This document shows positions 1 through 11,881 of a stretch of DNA of 64,000 nucleotides, piece after piece. Position 1 is the first letter of the stretch; every line of letters starts with the position of its first letter. Position numbers and translations under genes: made by a program. The stretch is from Lytechinus pictus (Eukaryota): the NCBI RefSeq assembly GCF_037042905.1, contig NC_087251.1:27156001-27220000 (forward strand), read 5' to 3'. The notes beneath the pieces are model-generated. The model saw only the letters and a program-made list of their open reading frames with translations, did not search any database and had not been told where the DNA came from.

Positions 1-787
1 AAAAACAGTGAGTTACTTCAGCTGTCGCGCAACTCCCACTTCCCTGGTTTATCCGAACTTAACACGTAAACATATGGCCATAGAGTCCCTGTACAGATCG
101 AGTTAGATCTTCGGTCTCTGTAATTGGTGAGTGGAGCCAATGGAGTTCAGCGGAACAACCAACATAACAGAGACCGAAGCTTTTGGTCTACATGCACGCA
201 TGCCCGTTCCATAGGGATGCATACTCACAGCAGGAGACCCGTTCCAAGGACCCCCGTTTTCACAAACATTTGTAGTTCTGAAGCCCGTTCCGAGGACCCT
301 CCTTTTTACAGTAAGCACGATCCAGAGCCCCCGTTTTTTGTCTCGCCCGCGACACATACCTACATGTACATGTACCACATTTTTGGTCGAGTACCCCCCC
401 CCCCCTGGATCTAAGTGTAACTTTGTCTTAAACAAAGACGTGATATCTCATTGTATGAAAATTGATTGTTGCGTTTAACAAATTTAAAGCTAGCCTAGGA
501 ATTTTATTTGTTTATCATAAATTTCAGAAATATCCTGCACATACAGCAAATCATAAAAGATAGGCAACGCAATAGACGGTCCTTAGAATAGATGGAAATA
601 CCCTTTCGTGCAATCGGCCCCTGGGACGGGGATCGTAAATTCACGGCTCAACTACATGTACCTGATATTATTGATAAATAAAACTTATTATTGTTGTCAC
701 AATGGCAAAAAAAGTATAACTAAATTTTAGTTATTTGTCTCATGCTTGATGACTTGTAATGATTGTCTTTAATCCTTGTGCTTTCAG

Positions 788-890
788 ACTAAAACAAGAC
801 TGACCACTGTAATTGGGGCAGGGCTTCTTGTCGGCACATCATTGGCTGTTATCATCCCAGAAGGAATACATTCACTCTTTGCAGATGCAG
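788..890 (+). CDS. SLC39A9: ZIP9 exon ([34 protein letters not shown])
   Basis: ctttcag|ACT ... GCAG|gtaata. Confidence 0.93.
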
Positions 891-3800
891 GTAATAAAAA
901 CAAAACAAAACATTGGCCATGTGTCATAAAATATGCAATAAATGACAAGTTACAAACTGCTATTTCATGCTATTGAAATATGATTTGGTTGGCAAAAGAG
1001 CAAGTTAGTTCTAGTGTATCGTTCATGGTGACCTTTTACATTTTTAGAGTACATTCAGGCGTCCTGCTATACAAGCATGTCGGCCTATGTTACATAATAC
1101 ATGTACATGTATATGTGCAATACATCTATTTGAAGTACATGAACTTCAATTACAGTAACTAGATTGCTTTTGAAAAACATAATACCAATCATTGCAAGAT
1201 CTAACCATTGGAAAAAAAAGATTGATAGTGCTTTAAAATATTGCATTTAGAGAAAATTCCTGTACTACAAATGATGTTAAGAATTGGTTTATACTCTGAA
1301 TCATATTTATACCATTTCAAGTATTTTTTTGTGAAACATGAACGTTTCTCCGTATCCTCTTACAGCTCCTCATAGTCACCATGACGAAGCAAGAGCAGTA
1401 CTAGTCGGCCCAGAAAACAAAGCAGACGGAGCTCAAGAAGTCAATCACGAGGCAGCTGTTGACAACGCCCATACCCACGCCCACTCCTCTGTCGAAGACC
1501 TCCACTCATTGATTGGTATAGCATTGGTATTCGGTTTTGTTTTTATGCTGTTGGTGGATCAAATAGGCGGTGGCCATGGGCATTCACATTCACAGTTACC
1601 GGGTGAGTCTATTATTTGAAATTGCCTCCTTTTACCCAGGAGAAGTGTGTGTTTTTTTTAAGAACGTTTCCTGAATTTTGATGAACTTCTGAGTTCTGAT
1701 GTATGTTTAGAAATAATAAACAGTAGCTGCAATGACGAAAATCTATTGTTAAAGTGTGTTTAGTGTGTAAGAGTCGCCACAGAGATACTACTTTCAGCAC
1801 AGACGTAACTTGAAAACTTTGTCACTAACTCACTACCCTATACCTGCTCAGGCATAGTTTTGGTGGACATATCTAGCTCTTAAAACATTGAAATGGTGTT
1901 AATGACTGATTCTTGGGCTAGGATAAAAAGTGGTAGAAAAGGCATCTATTGAAATATTTGAGTTAAATATTCATGTACAGGGGATATTTTCCCTGGAATT
2001 TCATCGCAATTTGCTCCACATTTTTTAAGACTGCTACTCAAATTTTTTTTTGTAGCATTTTTTTTTTCTTAAATAGGACTGTACAGAACATATTTGAAGG
2101 CTGCTCTCATATAACAACCAGAAATACTCATCTACTTTGAGAAGTCAAATTATTCCCTGATGTATGACCTGCAGCAAATCCCCAAAATTTGTTGTAAATC
2201 TGATAAGAAGATTAATGGTGATCGACCCTGGTTGTAGGATAATTTCATGTACATGTAATAGTATTTGTTCAAGGTTTATCATTGGGTATTATCATTTATG
2301 TTAATGTCTTTGTATTAAATTCCTCTTAGAAATCTTATTAAATACCAGAACAGGGGTGATTACGAATTTTATGGCATTTATTTTGAATGATAGGATGATT
2401 CCCCTAATCAATAATCAATCATTAATGCTGATTGATATACTCGGCATTACAGTGGTGACTTGTAATCCTTCTTTAAATATTTCTATGTTTTCTTCAAGAG
2501 GACATTAATTATAGAGGTGAGGTTAATTTAAGTTGAATAAAAGATGCAAGTGCTAAGATATTTTTTTTAATTTCTGAGAGTTTTCAGAAGTACTTGAAAG
2601 TATTTGTTCATTTTTCCATATAATACATGTATCATGCTTTAATGAATCTTAAACTCAAAATTCATATTCTACAATGAATCAAATAGTTATAAAGGATCAA
2701 TTTACAAAGGTTATGCAAAGGATCAATTTTCAAAGGTTATGCCTCTCCTAAATTTCAGTATTGTCACATGTTATTAGCTGATACCCTGAAAAGGATAGCT
2801 TGTTCAAACCTTATTGAGAAAAAACCCCTTGAAATTGATTCTGGGGAGCGTTTTATGAAAGAACTTGTCAGATGGTTTATCTGACAAGACCTGTTTTATC
2901 CAACAGTTACCATAGGAACAGTGCTTCTCAGCCAATCAATATCAAGGAAAGTTTTCAGATCGGACAACTTGTCGGACAAAAGTGTTGATGAAATGCTCTC
3001 CATCGGCTTGTAGAAATTGAGCTAGATGTTGACATATAGAATGCCAGTAAATATGATTCTTTAAAATTATTCTATTTTTACAGGTGAACTGGAAGCAACA
3101 AGTAGAACAGGAAGGAAGAGCATAACCGCTACACTAGGTCTGGTGGTACATGCCGCAGGTAAGGCTACGTCATTACTGTTTCCTTTAGCAATGTGGGCGT
3201 CACAGTGCTTGGCTGGAATTTTCTCAAGGGAATGTAGTCTAGGCTCCATAAAAATGAATTGTGTGAAAAACAGGATATAATCTCATGACCAGTGCAACAT
3301 CTTAGAAGTGTTGCCAACATAATATGATCTTCATGAATAAAATACCTCTACCAAAATAAATCTGAAAGGTGTATATAAGAATCAGCTTTATTATTCATAC
3401 ACTTATTGATATTATCTACGTGCACCTCAGATAAATAGGTCACAATTCAACCATGCAAGAACAAGGTGTTTTTTTTTTTATTGTAAATTGGCACTTCATA
3501 GTACAATAATTATTAAAATCTGCTTGAGAAAAGATATTTACATATAGAAACTCATTTTATTTTATGTTTTATTTTCAGCTGACGGCATTGCCATGGGGGC
3601 AGCTGCTAGTGCATCAAGGGCCGATGTTCAAATGATTGTATTTATTGCTATTATGTTACATAAGGTAAATTAATCATTTTAATCAAAGGCCCTTATTTGA
3701 GTACAGTACTTGGATATTAATACTTTAAAGCTGTCACATCTGAGTAAACTCAGAACATTAACTTGGGTCTAGAAAAGACCATCTTATGAATTTCTGGAGA

Positions 3801-5612
3801 ACCATATAAATGATTATGAAAAACAATCCTAGTTTCCTCAATCAAATAAAAATATGTTTATGTTTATTCCTTGTTTCATTGAATCAAAATAAAATCAATT
3901 TCTTGTTTGTCAAAACAAGGATAATTACAGGAAATATTTGAATTACCCTGAACCGATTCATAGTCTTGGACATATGACATAGATTAAATTTGAGATAAAT
4001 TGTTTGACAATCTTCATTCTTTTCTCAAATGTAGATATTTCTTGTGACCTTGACCCTCTCAATTACATATGCAAATTTTCATACAAAATGAACAGAGGAA
4101 AAATATATCAACTTACAGTTTGAATTCCGAATGCATACACACAGGGAATTATCAGCAAGTCGTTGAGTCGGTTCTGGTGATCTTGATGCTTTGACATGGA
4201 GTTGCAGCAAAATATTCCTACAATTTGTGCTTAAAACTATCAATCATCACTCTAAATCAATTGACCTATAAGTACTGCTTGTATGACTTTTTGTGCAGAT
4301 AGTTACATTTTACTGCTAGGTAAGGCAACCAACTCAATTAAAAAATGCTCCACCTGTTAAGCTTTGCAGAGTGCGGTGGAGCCTGACTATAGTCCATTCA
4401 ATCCCATATCTGTGTTTACATGACAATATGGGTATGGCATGAAGTGGAAAAGTTGAATCCTTAACAAAAGCAATAATACAAATATATGTAGTTATGTGGA
4501 TTTTGACACTTTAAAAATCTGATTTCTCTACATGTCTTGTAATTGTCAATGAGATTTGACCAGGCTTTATCTATTTCACTTTTGTTACCTTATTTCATTG
4601 AAAGTGGCTAACAATATCCATTACAGATATCTTTTCTCCTGTATTTAGAATGGAAAGATGTTGTTTAAAGGAATTTGTACTTGCTTCATTTTAAAAGCAA
4701 AAGGCTTGAATGCTTGTAGGGATTGGACAACATATTAAAGTCTACAGTGTTTGAATGGTATTTCAAAATTGATATCTGTTGTAAATGTCAAATAAACATA
4801 TATGATTGCTTTTTTTTTACAGGCACCTGCTGCTTTTGGACTTGTCACATTCCTTTTACATGAAAACTATGAGAGGAATAGGATACGAAAACATCTTCTT
4901 ATCTTCTCATTAGCCGCTCCAGTTATGGCTATATTCACATATTTTAGCCTCAGCCATGTGAGTATATACACCTTTACACATAAAAGTGTCAATAACAGGA
5001 TTGACAATAAAATTGTTGTATTCAAAATCATCAAACTTTAATCCAAACTTCTTACTGAGTGTTTTTATTATTATCATATTATTACCAGTTATTGTCGATT
5101 CAAAATGATATGCAATTATACTTTCTACACAGGGAGTGTTGATAAATACTATTGCCATCGTTGCTATTTGCTTGTGCTATTTTATGATTTTGCACAATCA
5201 GGGTGATACTGAAATCTGATTACTGTTAAGTTTTGTTAGTCAATCAGTTATAATAATTATTGTGATATACATGTACTTCCCCATTGATATGTCTCGCTTC
5301 CATTCATTCAGTTGTAAGATCATAGTTTTCTGTTATTATCTTCTCATCTTCTATGACCGACAGGCCAGTAAAGAGGCGTTATTATCCGTCAATGCAACAG
5401 GCCTATCCATGCTGTTCTCAGCAGGAACTTTCCTCTACGTAGCAACAGTACATGTATTACCCGAGATAGCAGCACCTCGACCATCCACCACCCCTGCCAC
5501 GGACCCAGAGGGGGCGGTAGACGTCAGGCAAGGCTTCACTTGTGGGGAATTAACAGCACTTGTACTCGGATGCCTAGCACCCCTTGTTTTAGCCATGGGA
5601 CATCATCACTAG
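788..5612 (+). CDS. SLC39A9: Zinc transporter ZIP9, six coding exons: 788-890, 1366-1602, 3084-3158, 3579-3664, 4823-4957, 5364-5612; first coding exon upstream of window
   Basis: All GT-AG junctions are phase-compatible. The spliced peptide has ZIP9 motifs [83 protein letters not shown] and a C-terminal GHHH. Confidence 0.95.
1366..1602 (+). CDS. SLC39A9: ZIP9 exon, His-rich loop and TM3
   Basis: ttacag|CT ... CCGG|gtgagt; lies in ORF 1338..1619. Confidence 0.92.
2843..3001. mobile_element. Short palindromic Harbinger-like MITE (CCAAT-containing family)
   Basis: Imperfect TIRs ggggagcgttttatgaa / gatgaaatgctctcc; internal cagccaatcaa shared with other copies. Confidence 0.55.
3084..3158 (+). 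CDS. SLC39A9: ZIP9 exon ([24 protein letters not shown])
   Basis: tttacag|GT ... GCAG|gtaagg. Confidence 0.93.
3579..3664 (+). CDS. SLC39A9: ZIP9 exon ([28 protein letters not shown])
   Basis: ttttcag|CT ... AAG|gtaaat; metal-binding TM4/TM5 residues. Confidence 0.94.
4823..4957 (+). CDS. SLC39A9: ZIP9 exon ([14 protein letters not shown]...FSLSH)
   Basis: ttttacag|GCA ... CAT|gtgagt. Confidence 0.93.
5364..5612 (+). CDS. SLC39A9: ZIP9 last coding exon (ASKEALL...MGHHH*)
   Basis: gacag|GCC; stop at 5610-5612. Confidence 0.93.
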   Translation, partial: ASKEALLSVNATGLSMLFSAGTFLYVATVHVLPEIAAPRPSTTPATDPEGAVDVRQGFTCGELTALVLGCLAPLVLAMGHHH

Positions 5613-5891
5613 CTAATTCAACTGGGATTATTATTATTTTTATATTATTCTTTAATATTATTTTTAAATAGCTTTTTTCAAGTTGAGAGGGGGGAGAGGA
5701 GTGATTCACAATAATCGTATGTACAATCTAATAAAAAGGATGTAAGCTAGCTTTTTATAAGATTGCTTTTGCTTACATCCTTTTCATACAGGTTTTTTCC
5801 CCAGACCAAATTGTTTCAAATGCTGGTTGTTAGGGGACATAGCTCTGTTTTACAAGTGTCATAAGTACACTATGTTGACATCCTGTCCGAA

Positions 5892-6235
5892 GGGAGGCAG
5901 TATAGCTCAGTCGGTTAGAGCGCATGTTTTGGATAAGATCGTAGATCTCAACGTGAGGGGTTTGAGTCCCGCTCATTCCAAAACGCATTTAACAAAAAAT
6001 CCGATGCTATAGTGTTGTGTGTAAGCGTGCCTCACCACTGTATTCAGTGCAGGTGTGAATGCAGTTGGAAAAACACCCCGTCCATCGGAAAGGACGCAAA
6101 TGTTGGTCCCGTGTATAGGAGGGTTACAACCTATGCAAGTAAAAACCAATACACTATTCTTCAAAGAGTAGGGTGTTCACCTGGTGCATTGCACCTGCTG
6201 GTCCCAGCAAAATTCAGGTCAAGTCAATCTTGACA
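5892..6235 (+). mobile_element. tRNA-derived SINE with Deu/Nin-like central domain
   Basis: A box tagctcagtcgg and B box ggtttgagtccc. The body cgtccatcggaaaggacg...ggtcccgtgt...cactattc...aagagtagggtgttcacctggtg resembles the DeuSINE domain as I recall it. Confidence 0.75.
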
Positions 6236-8115
6236 TTCATATGCCATAATCAATATTATGATTGTGGGCATTAACGGAAAGACAAGACAGAATAGGATTA
6301 TTCCCAATACCAGGCATATCATGAGCATGTCAGTGACTCTATATTTTAATGATTTTGAACAGTACAAGTTAGTTTTACTATAATTTTTATGCTGTTCTTG
6401 GGCTTGAGATCACCAACATCAAACTTGAAATCACTATATCCCCAATCCCTTGAGGAAATTACATGCAGATTGTCAACACAAGCCACAATGGTTTAAAACA
6501 CAATTTGCATTGAAAATGGACAAAAATCATGTGTTAGAGCAATATAGGGGTTGACATGCATGTATATAACCAGGCAGTGTCGTAATGGTCGGTCCGAATT
6601 TGCAAAAATGGCCTTTAAAAAGGCACAAGGCTTGATAATAAAAAGTCAGAAATTTTTGGGGAGTAGCATATTTGCGAATTTGTTAAGAGGGGTCAGTTGA
6701 CCCACCCCACTCGTAAACTAAGGGTTAAAGCTGAGAATATCCTCTTTCAGTAGGGATATTTCTGGCAACATTTTGTGGGTTTTGCCATGCCTGGTCATGA
6801 ATTCAGCATTCTGTAGGTCAGTGACTCCAAGACGTTCTGATCTGTTCATGTGTAATAGAAATGTTTGTTTCACTCCTCCAAACCTTTGTCTGGTCAGAAA
6901 ATTTGGAGGTTGATATTTCAAATGAGAATAGTATCAAAATAAGCATTCTGTAGGTCAGTGACACTGGGAGTTTCCGGCTGAGGGAGGATGGAGCACAGAA
7001 TAGAGTAAAGTGGAGGGAGGGTGATCTCTGTGAGTGCGAGGTGAATCCGGTCACCTCTGCAAAGGATTACGCCAGTTTTAAAACCTGTATAACCGATAGT
7101 AATGTGCAATATACATGTACTTTACTTTTATTTAGCTTTGAAAAATAACAATTTATTTCCTTGAATACCTTGGGCAAATTGTCATGGTGGGGGGTATTGC
7201 TTATTTCATGTAATCATGATGAAATTTATATAATTTTGACTACAGTATTTTGTTAGCTCTTGATTTGAAATCATATTTCAGCTCAGCTTTCATTGTATCA
7301 GTCACATTCAAACTTTGGTTTTTGTTATTGGCGAATTATGATGTATAATTTATTTGAAATATAATTACTTGAAATATAACATAGTATTTTTTAATCAATT
7401 GTATGACTCAAACCCTTGAAATAGGACATGTATCAGCAGTATTAACCTTTGATTCTTTGGTGATAAATGCTATGATTGTACATTTTCTTCCTTTTTATTT
7501 ACCTTCTTCATATAGTCAGGGGAGTGAGTCCAGCATTTTTGTTTTCAGCTTTTTATGTACTTTGTACACAAAGCGTAGGCTTCACAATTTCAGCTATTTT
7601 TTTATTTATGGCTACTCACATCCCTGAATAGTTGGCTCTTTTTTTGGTTGAAAAATGCTTTTTTTCAACTTACTGTACCAGAATTAATTATGGAAAAAGG
7701 TATTAAATCCTGATTGGAATCATCCACAGATCTATACCAAAGCGAATATATTACTTTTCTGTGAGATCTATCAGGTATTAGACCAAATGGGGATTTGCTT
7801 AGTCTCTGTATCAGGGAGAAAATGAATATTTTTTCTGGGGTTACTTTTTGAGCTCAATAGCCCAATTTTGCTACACTGTATTACAGTTTGCATTGGACCC
7901 TATGTGAATTTCAGAGGCTTTTTTTTCCCAGGGCTCTTTGGGGCATTGTGGAACCTTGTGTGTAATTGTTTTCCTGTTGAGTAATCAGCATTGGAAACAT
8001 GATGGCTAGAATTAATAAAGGTGGATTCGAATCTGGATGGATACCATAGTTTACATACGAATCACAAACATTTCACACATCATTAGCTCAAACATTGAGG
8101 AAGATTCTAATGAGG

Positions 8116-8254
8116 CACTGGTGGATCCAGCGGGGGAGGGGGGGGCACATTTCTCATGTCCCTCCCTTGCCTTTTTGGGGGGGAGGGTGAAAACCTTTAT
8201 TTTTCTTCAGAAAATGTGCCCCCCCCCCTTTGGAAAATCCTGGAACCGCCCCTG
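8116..8254. mobile_element. hAT-like G/C-tract MITE
   Basis: TIRs cactggtggatccag / ctggaaccgcccctg; 8-bp TSD taatgagg/caatgagg. Confidence 0.75.
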
Positions 8255-8592
8255 CAATGAGGAGTGCATGCTTTTGACACAAGGCACTAAATACGCGTCC
8301 ATTAGTCATTAATATGTTACGACATTACTGAGCCCACTCTTTATGTAAATTAATTGGCATAAACTATGGGCTTGCCATTACCAATTATTGAAGGAGAATC
8401 CAACCCAAATAAAAACTTGTATTAAGAGGAAAAAAGAAAAATCAGACAAGTTGAAAAGTGAAAGTTTGAACAATAGCAGACAAACATTAAGAAAGTTATG
8501 AATTTTTAAAGTTGTAAATATTGGTAATCACTATACCCATGGAGACTTCAAATTGGCCGCATACCTGATGTCATAGGGATGTAAGGCAAGGA

Positions 8593-11500
8593 CATAGAGA
8601 TATATACTAATAACGCTAGAGGGCGTACTTTGTCAAATCGCTGTGATTACGCGGAGACCGGCCGCCATTACTCGATACGTGTTCGCAGCCTGCCATGCGC
8701 GTACAGTACCTATGGGTCATGTACTGTGATAGCACAGAAACGGAACACAATGATGACATATGAGCGCGAAAGCAAATGGAAAAGTTAAATAGTATTGAAT
8801 GTACAGAATTACAGTTTAAATTAACAAAAAATCTAACGAAACTGAGAACAAAAATGCCTATATAGGAATATCAATATAGCGCATAATACACAGGCCAATG
8901 ATACATCCCCAATTGTTTTTGCTTCGGTCATAACATTTCGATACACATTATGACTGTTATTTTCTAATTTGGAAGGGATGAATATTAAAAAATAACATGT
9001 AGGCCTGCATGGGCATATTGTTATAGGGAGTCCTGATTAACAAATTTAACATGGTGTTCAAGTTGACCTCAGAAATTTAGTCAAGAAAGATAACTTGGCC
9101 TACAGGCCATATCACAGTGTCTAATGCATATGAGACACTGGCGGATCTAAGGGGGAGGGGGCAGAGCCGGCTCGTGACCCCCCCCCCCAATTTTGAGAGG
9201 CACAGTTAAAATTTGTAATGTTAAATGCCGTTAAAACACAAGTGTACCCCTTTGAATTATCCACCCCCGGCTCGATCCCCCTTTTGGAAAATCCTGGATC
9301 CGCGCTGATCTGAGACACAATGTATTGATAGAAAAAACAATTGCATTTTTTCAAGTAGTTTCATAATAACCACGATGCTGATAATTTATTTCTTCATTTT
9401 TTAGAATAATTGTTATAATTTATTTTCCGTATAGATCTACACATAGAAATCATATGGGCATAATTCCTTTTCCCAATGGATTTAAATGTATATAACCGTC
9501 ATCACAATAACTCGTGAGTCATAAAATGAATTATTATTGAGATTTTAAAATGATTTACGCATTGGTCCAGTTAATTGATGAATCTATAAGTTTATGATTT
9601 ATATTTCCAATGTTGGCAACCATCCGATCATATATTTTCTTACTTGCAAATCAATGTAGAAAAGTTTGTTGACAACAAAATTTGCATATCGAATGCGCGC
9701 ATGCAGTCGTACAATTTTGCAATGTACAGGAGGCCTAATACTGAGGGAAATTATGTTTACAGTATTGCCTTGTAAACATGATAAACAAATTACGATGCGT
9801 GTTTAACGCAACATTTTCACTTTGATCTGATTTTCTGGAAAATCTAGACTTGATTCACCCCGGCTGAAATACCATGCTGATCGGCAAACCGGCTGAGATA
9901 TTGTGTTTGTGTTCCAATGATTGAACCAATATTATGTGAACAATCAAGGATCGAATAATAATAAGAGGAAGAAGGAGGAGGAGAATAAACAGAGTGGGAG
10001 GGGGATATAATTTTTTTTTAATTATACTATACGAAGTACATTATTACTACAACTGAGTGTATAAGACCAATTGATAACAATATCCTGAAAGAGATACATG
10101 CACACTTAATAAACTTATCATAAAAACTTTTGTAAAATTGTGAGTACGAAAACCAAACATATTAAACAATAATTATAGGCCTATTGTAAAACTAACAAAT
10201 CCTTGGAATAAGATATAACAAATTGTCGGCTGATGAGTGATCATCCTAATTTAACCTCAAATATAATACCTGTCTTGAAATTGTGTTAATCAAATGTGAC
10301 TGTCTTTTCCTTGCTGAATACTAACTTAATCATGTCATTGACAAAGATTTCCTAACACTGGCACCGGCCTCTCGGCTCTGTGTATAAACAGATATAAACA
10401 CGCGTTTAGCAGATTCTTTTTTTCTTTTTTGTCATTTTAAAAGTATATACTGAATTTGATTTTCTCATTTTTTTAATGATACGATTTCCATGGATGAACA
10501 AATGTCAGTTTATTACGGGGCTGCGGAATGATTTTTAAAGTGGTGGTCGGGGGGATGCATAAAATCACAATCAAATTTATCATGTACTGTTCATTTTCAC
10601 TTCAGGGAGGGGTCCGGTCGCGCCCCCTGTACTTGAATACTTTTATTTTGATTGTGAATTTGCTTGGATGCGTAAAAATATGTCACATTAACACCCCAAC
10701 CCTTAAAAAGCGAAGAAAATAAACCGATTCTAACTCACAGAGAAGGGTATTAAAAGCAAACATTTTGGAACAATGAAAAGTCACTCTAGATATTTTTTAA
10801 ATCAATATCTCATTTTCGGTGCCGTATAGGCCTGCAGATTTTTATAATATTCCTATGAGAAAAAATTAACAAAACAACTGAAGACCCAATATAGTTTTAC
10901 CATTGATGGTGTAACGGGAGGCTCACCAAGAAAAATTAATGAGATGCCCTGAAATACTACTTGCTAATAAAACTAAAATAGGGCATATAGTTAGTATAAG
11001 ATAAAAACACTAACTTATACAAATTATTGTACATTAAAAAAACTATTACTAGTATATATTTCATACAAATTAAGGCAATTTACATAATAGTAGGCCATCA
11101 TGCTCAATTTTGTAGGCCTACTGTTTTCTTTCTTTTACGAGATAGGAATGTATGATCTGTAAAATTGTAATAGGGCCTATCCGATTTATATTACTTTGTA
11201 TTATGTTTGAATGGAAATGAAATTTTAAAAAATGAATTGAAGTGAGGTGAAGTGAAATGAATTGAAATTACAAAATTATATCCGACATAAATTGGTCGAT
11301 CATAATGAGAACATGGAATCATGTAGATGAAGGAATGCCAAAGGACGATGCCCGTTAAAGCCAAAGGTATAGGGAAATCCATAGAAGATGGGCTGATTAA
11401 CTGTTTTTTTAATTAAATGTCAAAATTTACTATTAATGTTTTATTTTATTTATTTATTTATTCATGTGTTATCAATATGTTATAATAGGCCTATAAACGG

Positions 11501-11881
11501 ACAGGTAATCGTAGATGCAAATTATTTGAGAATTTCATCCCGAGAATTCAGGTAAAAAGACAAATCAATAGCTGATCCCCATGTAATCACACTAATAGTT
11601 TATTGAGATGTAATCACACTAATAGTTTATTGAGATGCAATTTGTCATTCATATTTTCAATCGTATAGGCCTATGAGGTTGGATTCTTTTCTTCAAGATA
11701 AAAGCCAGAGACAGCACCCTTTTTCACAGCGTTACACGTACGAGCTATGTGTAGATCCGGGTACTTTTGCAAATCTAGACCTATCGAGCAATGGCCGACC
11801 ACGCTCCGCGCAATCACAGACGTTAAGTACGCGCGCCTAGGGCAACTCCGCACTCTAGCGTAATTAGTATACATCTCTATG
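8593..11881. mobile_element. 3.3-kb non-autonomous DNA transposon (P-like CATAG termini; hAT not excluded)
   Basis: 29-bp TIRs catagagatatatactaataacgctagag / ctctagcgtaattagtatacatctctatg (2 mismatches); exact 8-bp TSD ggcaagga at 8585-8592 and 11882-11889; no transposase ORF. Confidence 0.88.
9136..9307. mobile_element. hAT-like MITE (same family as 8116-8254) nested in the P-like element
   Basis: cactggcggatcta / tggatccgcgctg; 8-bp TSD atatgaga/atctgaga. Confidence 0.75.

Noticed and set aside
103-435. ORFs at window start, or ZIP9 exon 1
   Set aside because: No ZIP9 N-terminal TM motif; the region looks like a C-tract MITE remnant.
8593-11881. Autonomous transposase gene
   Set aside because: No long ORF or recognisable THAP/DDE motifs.
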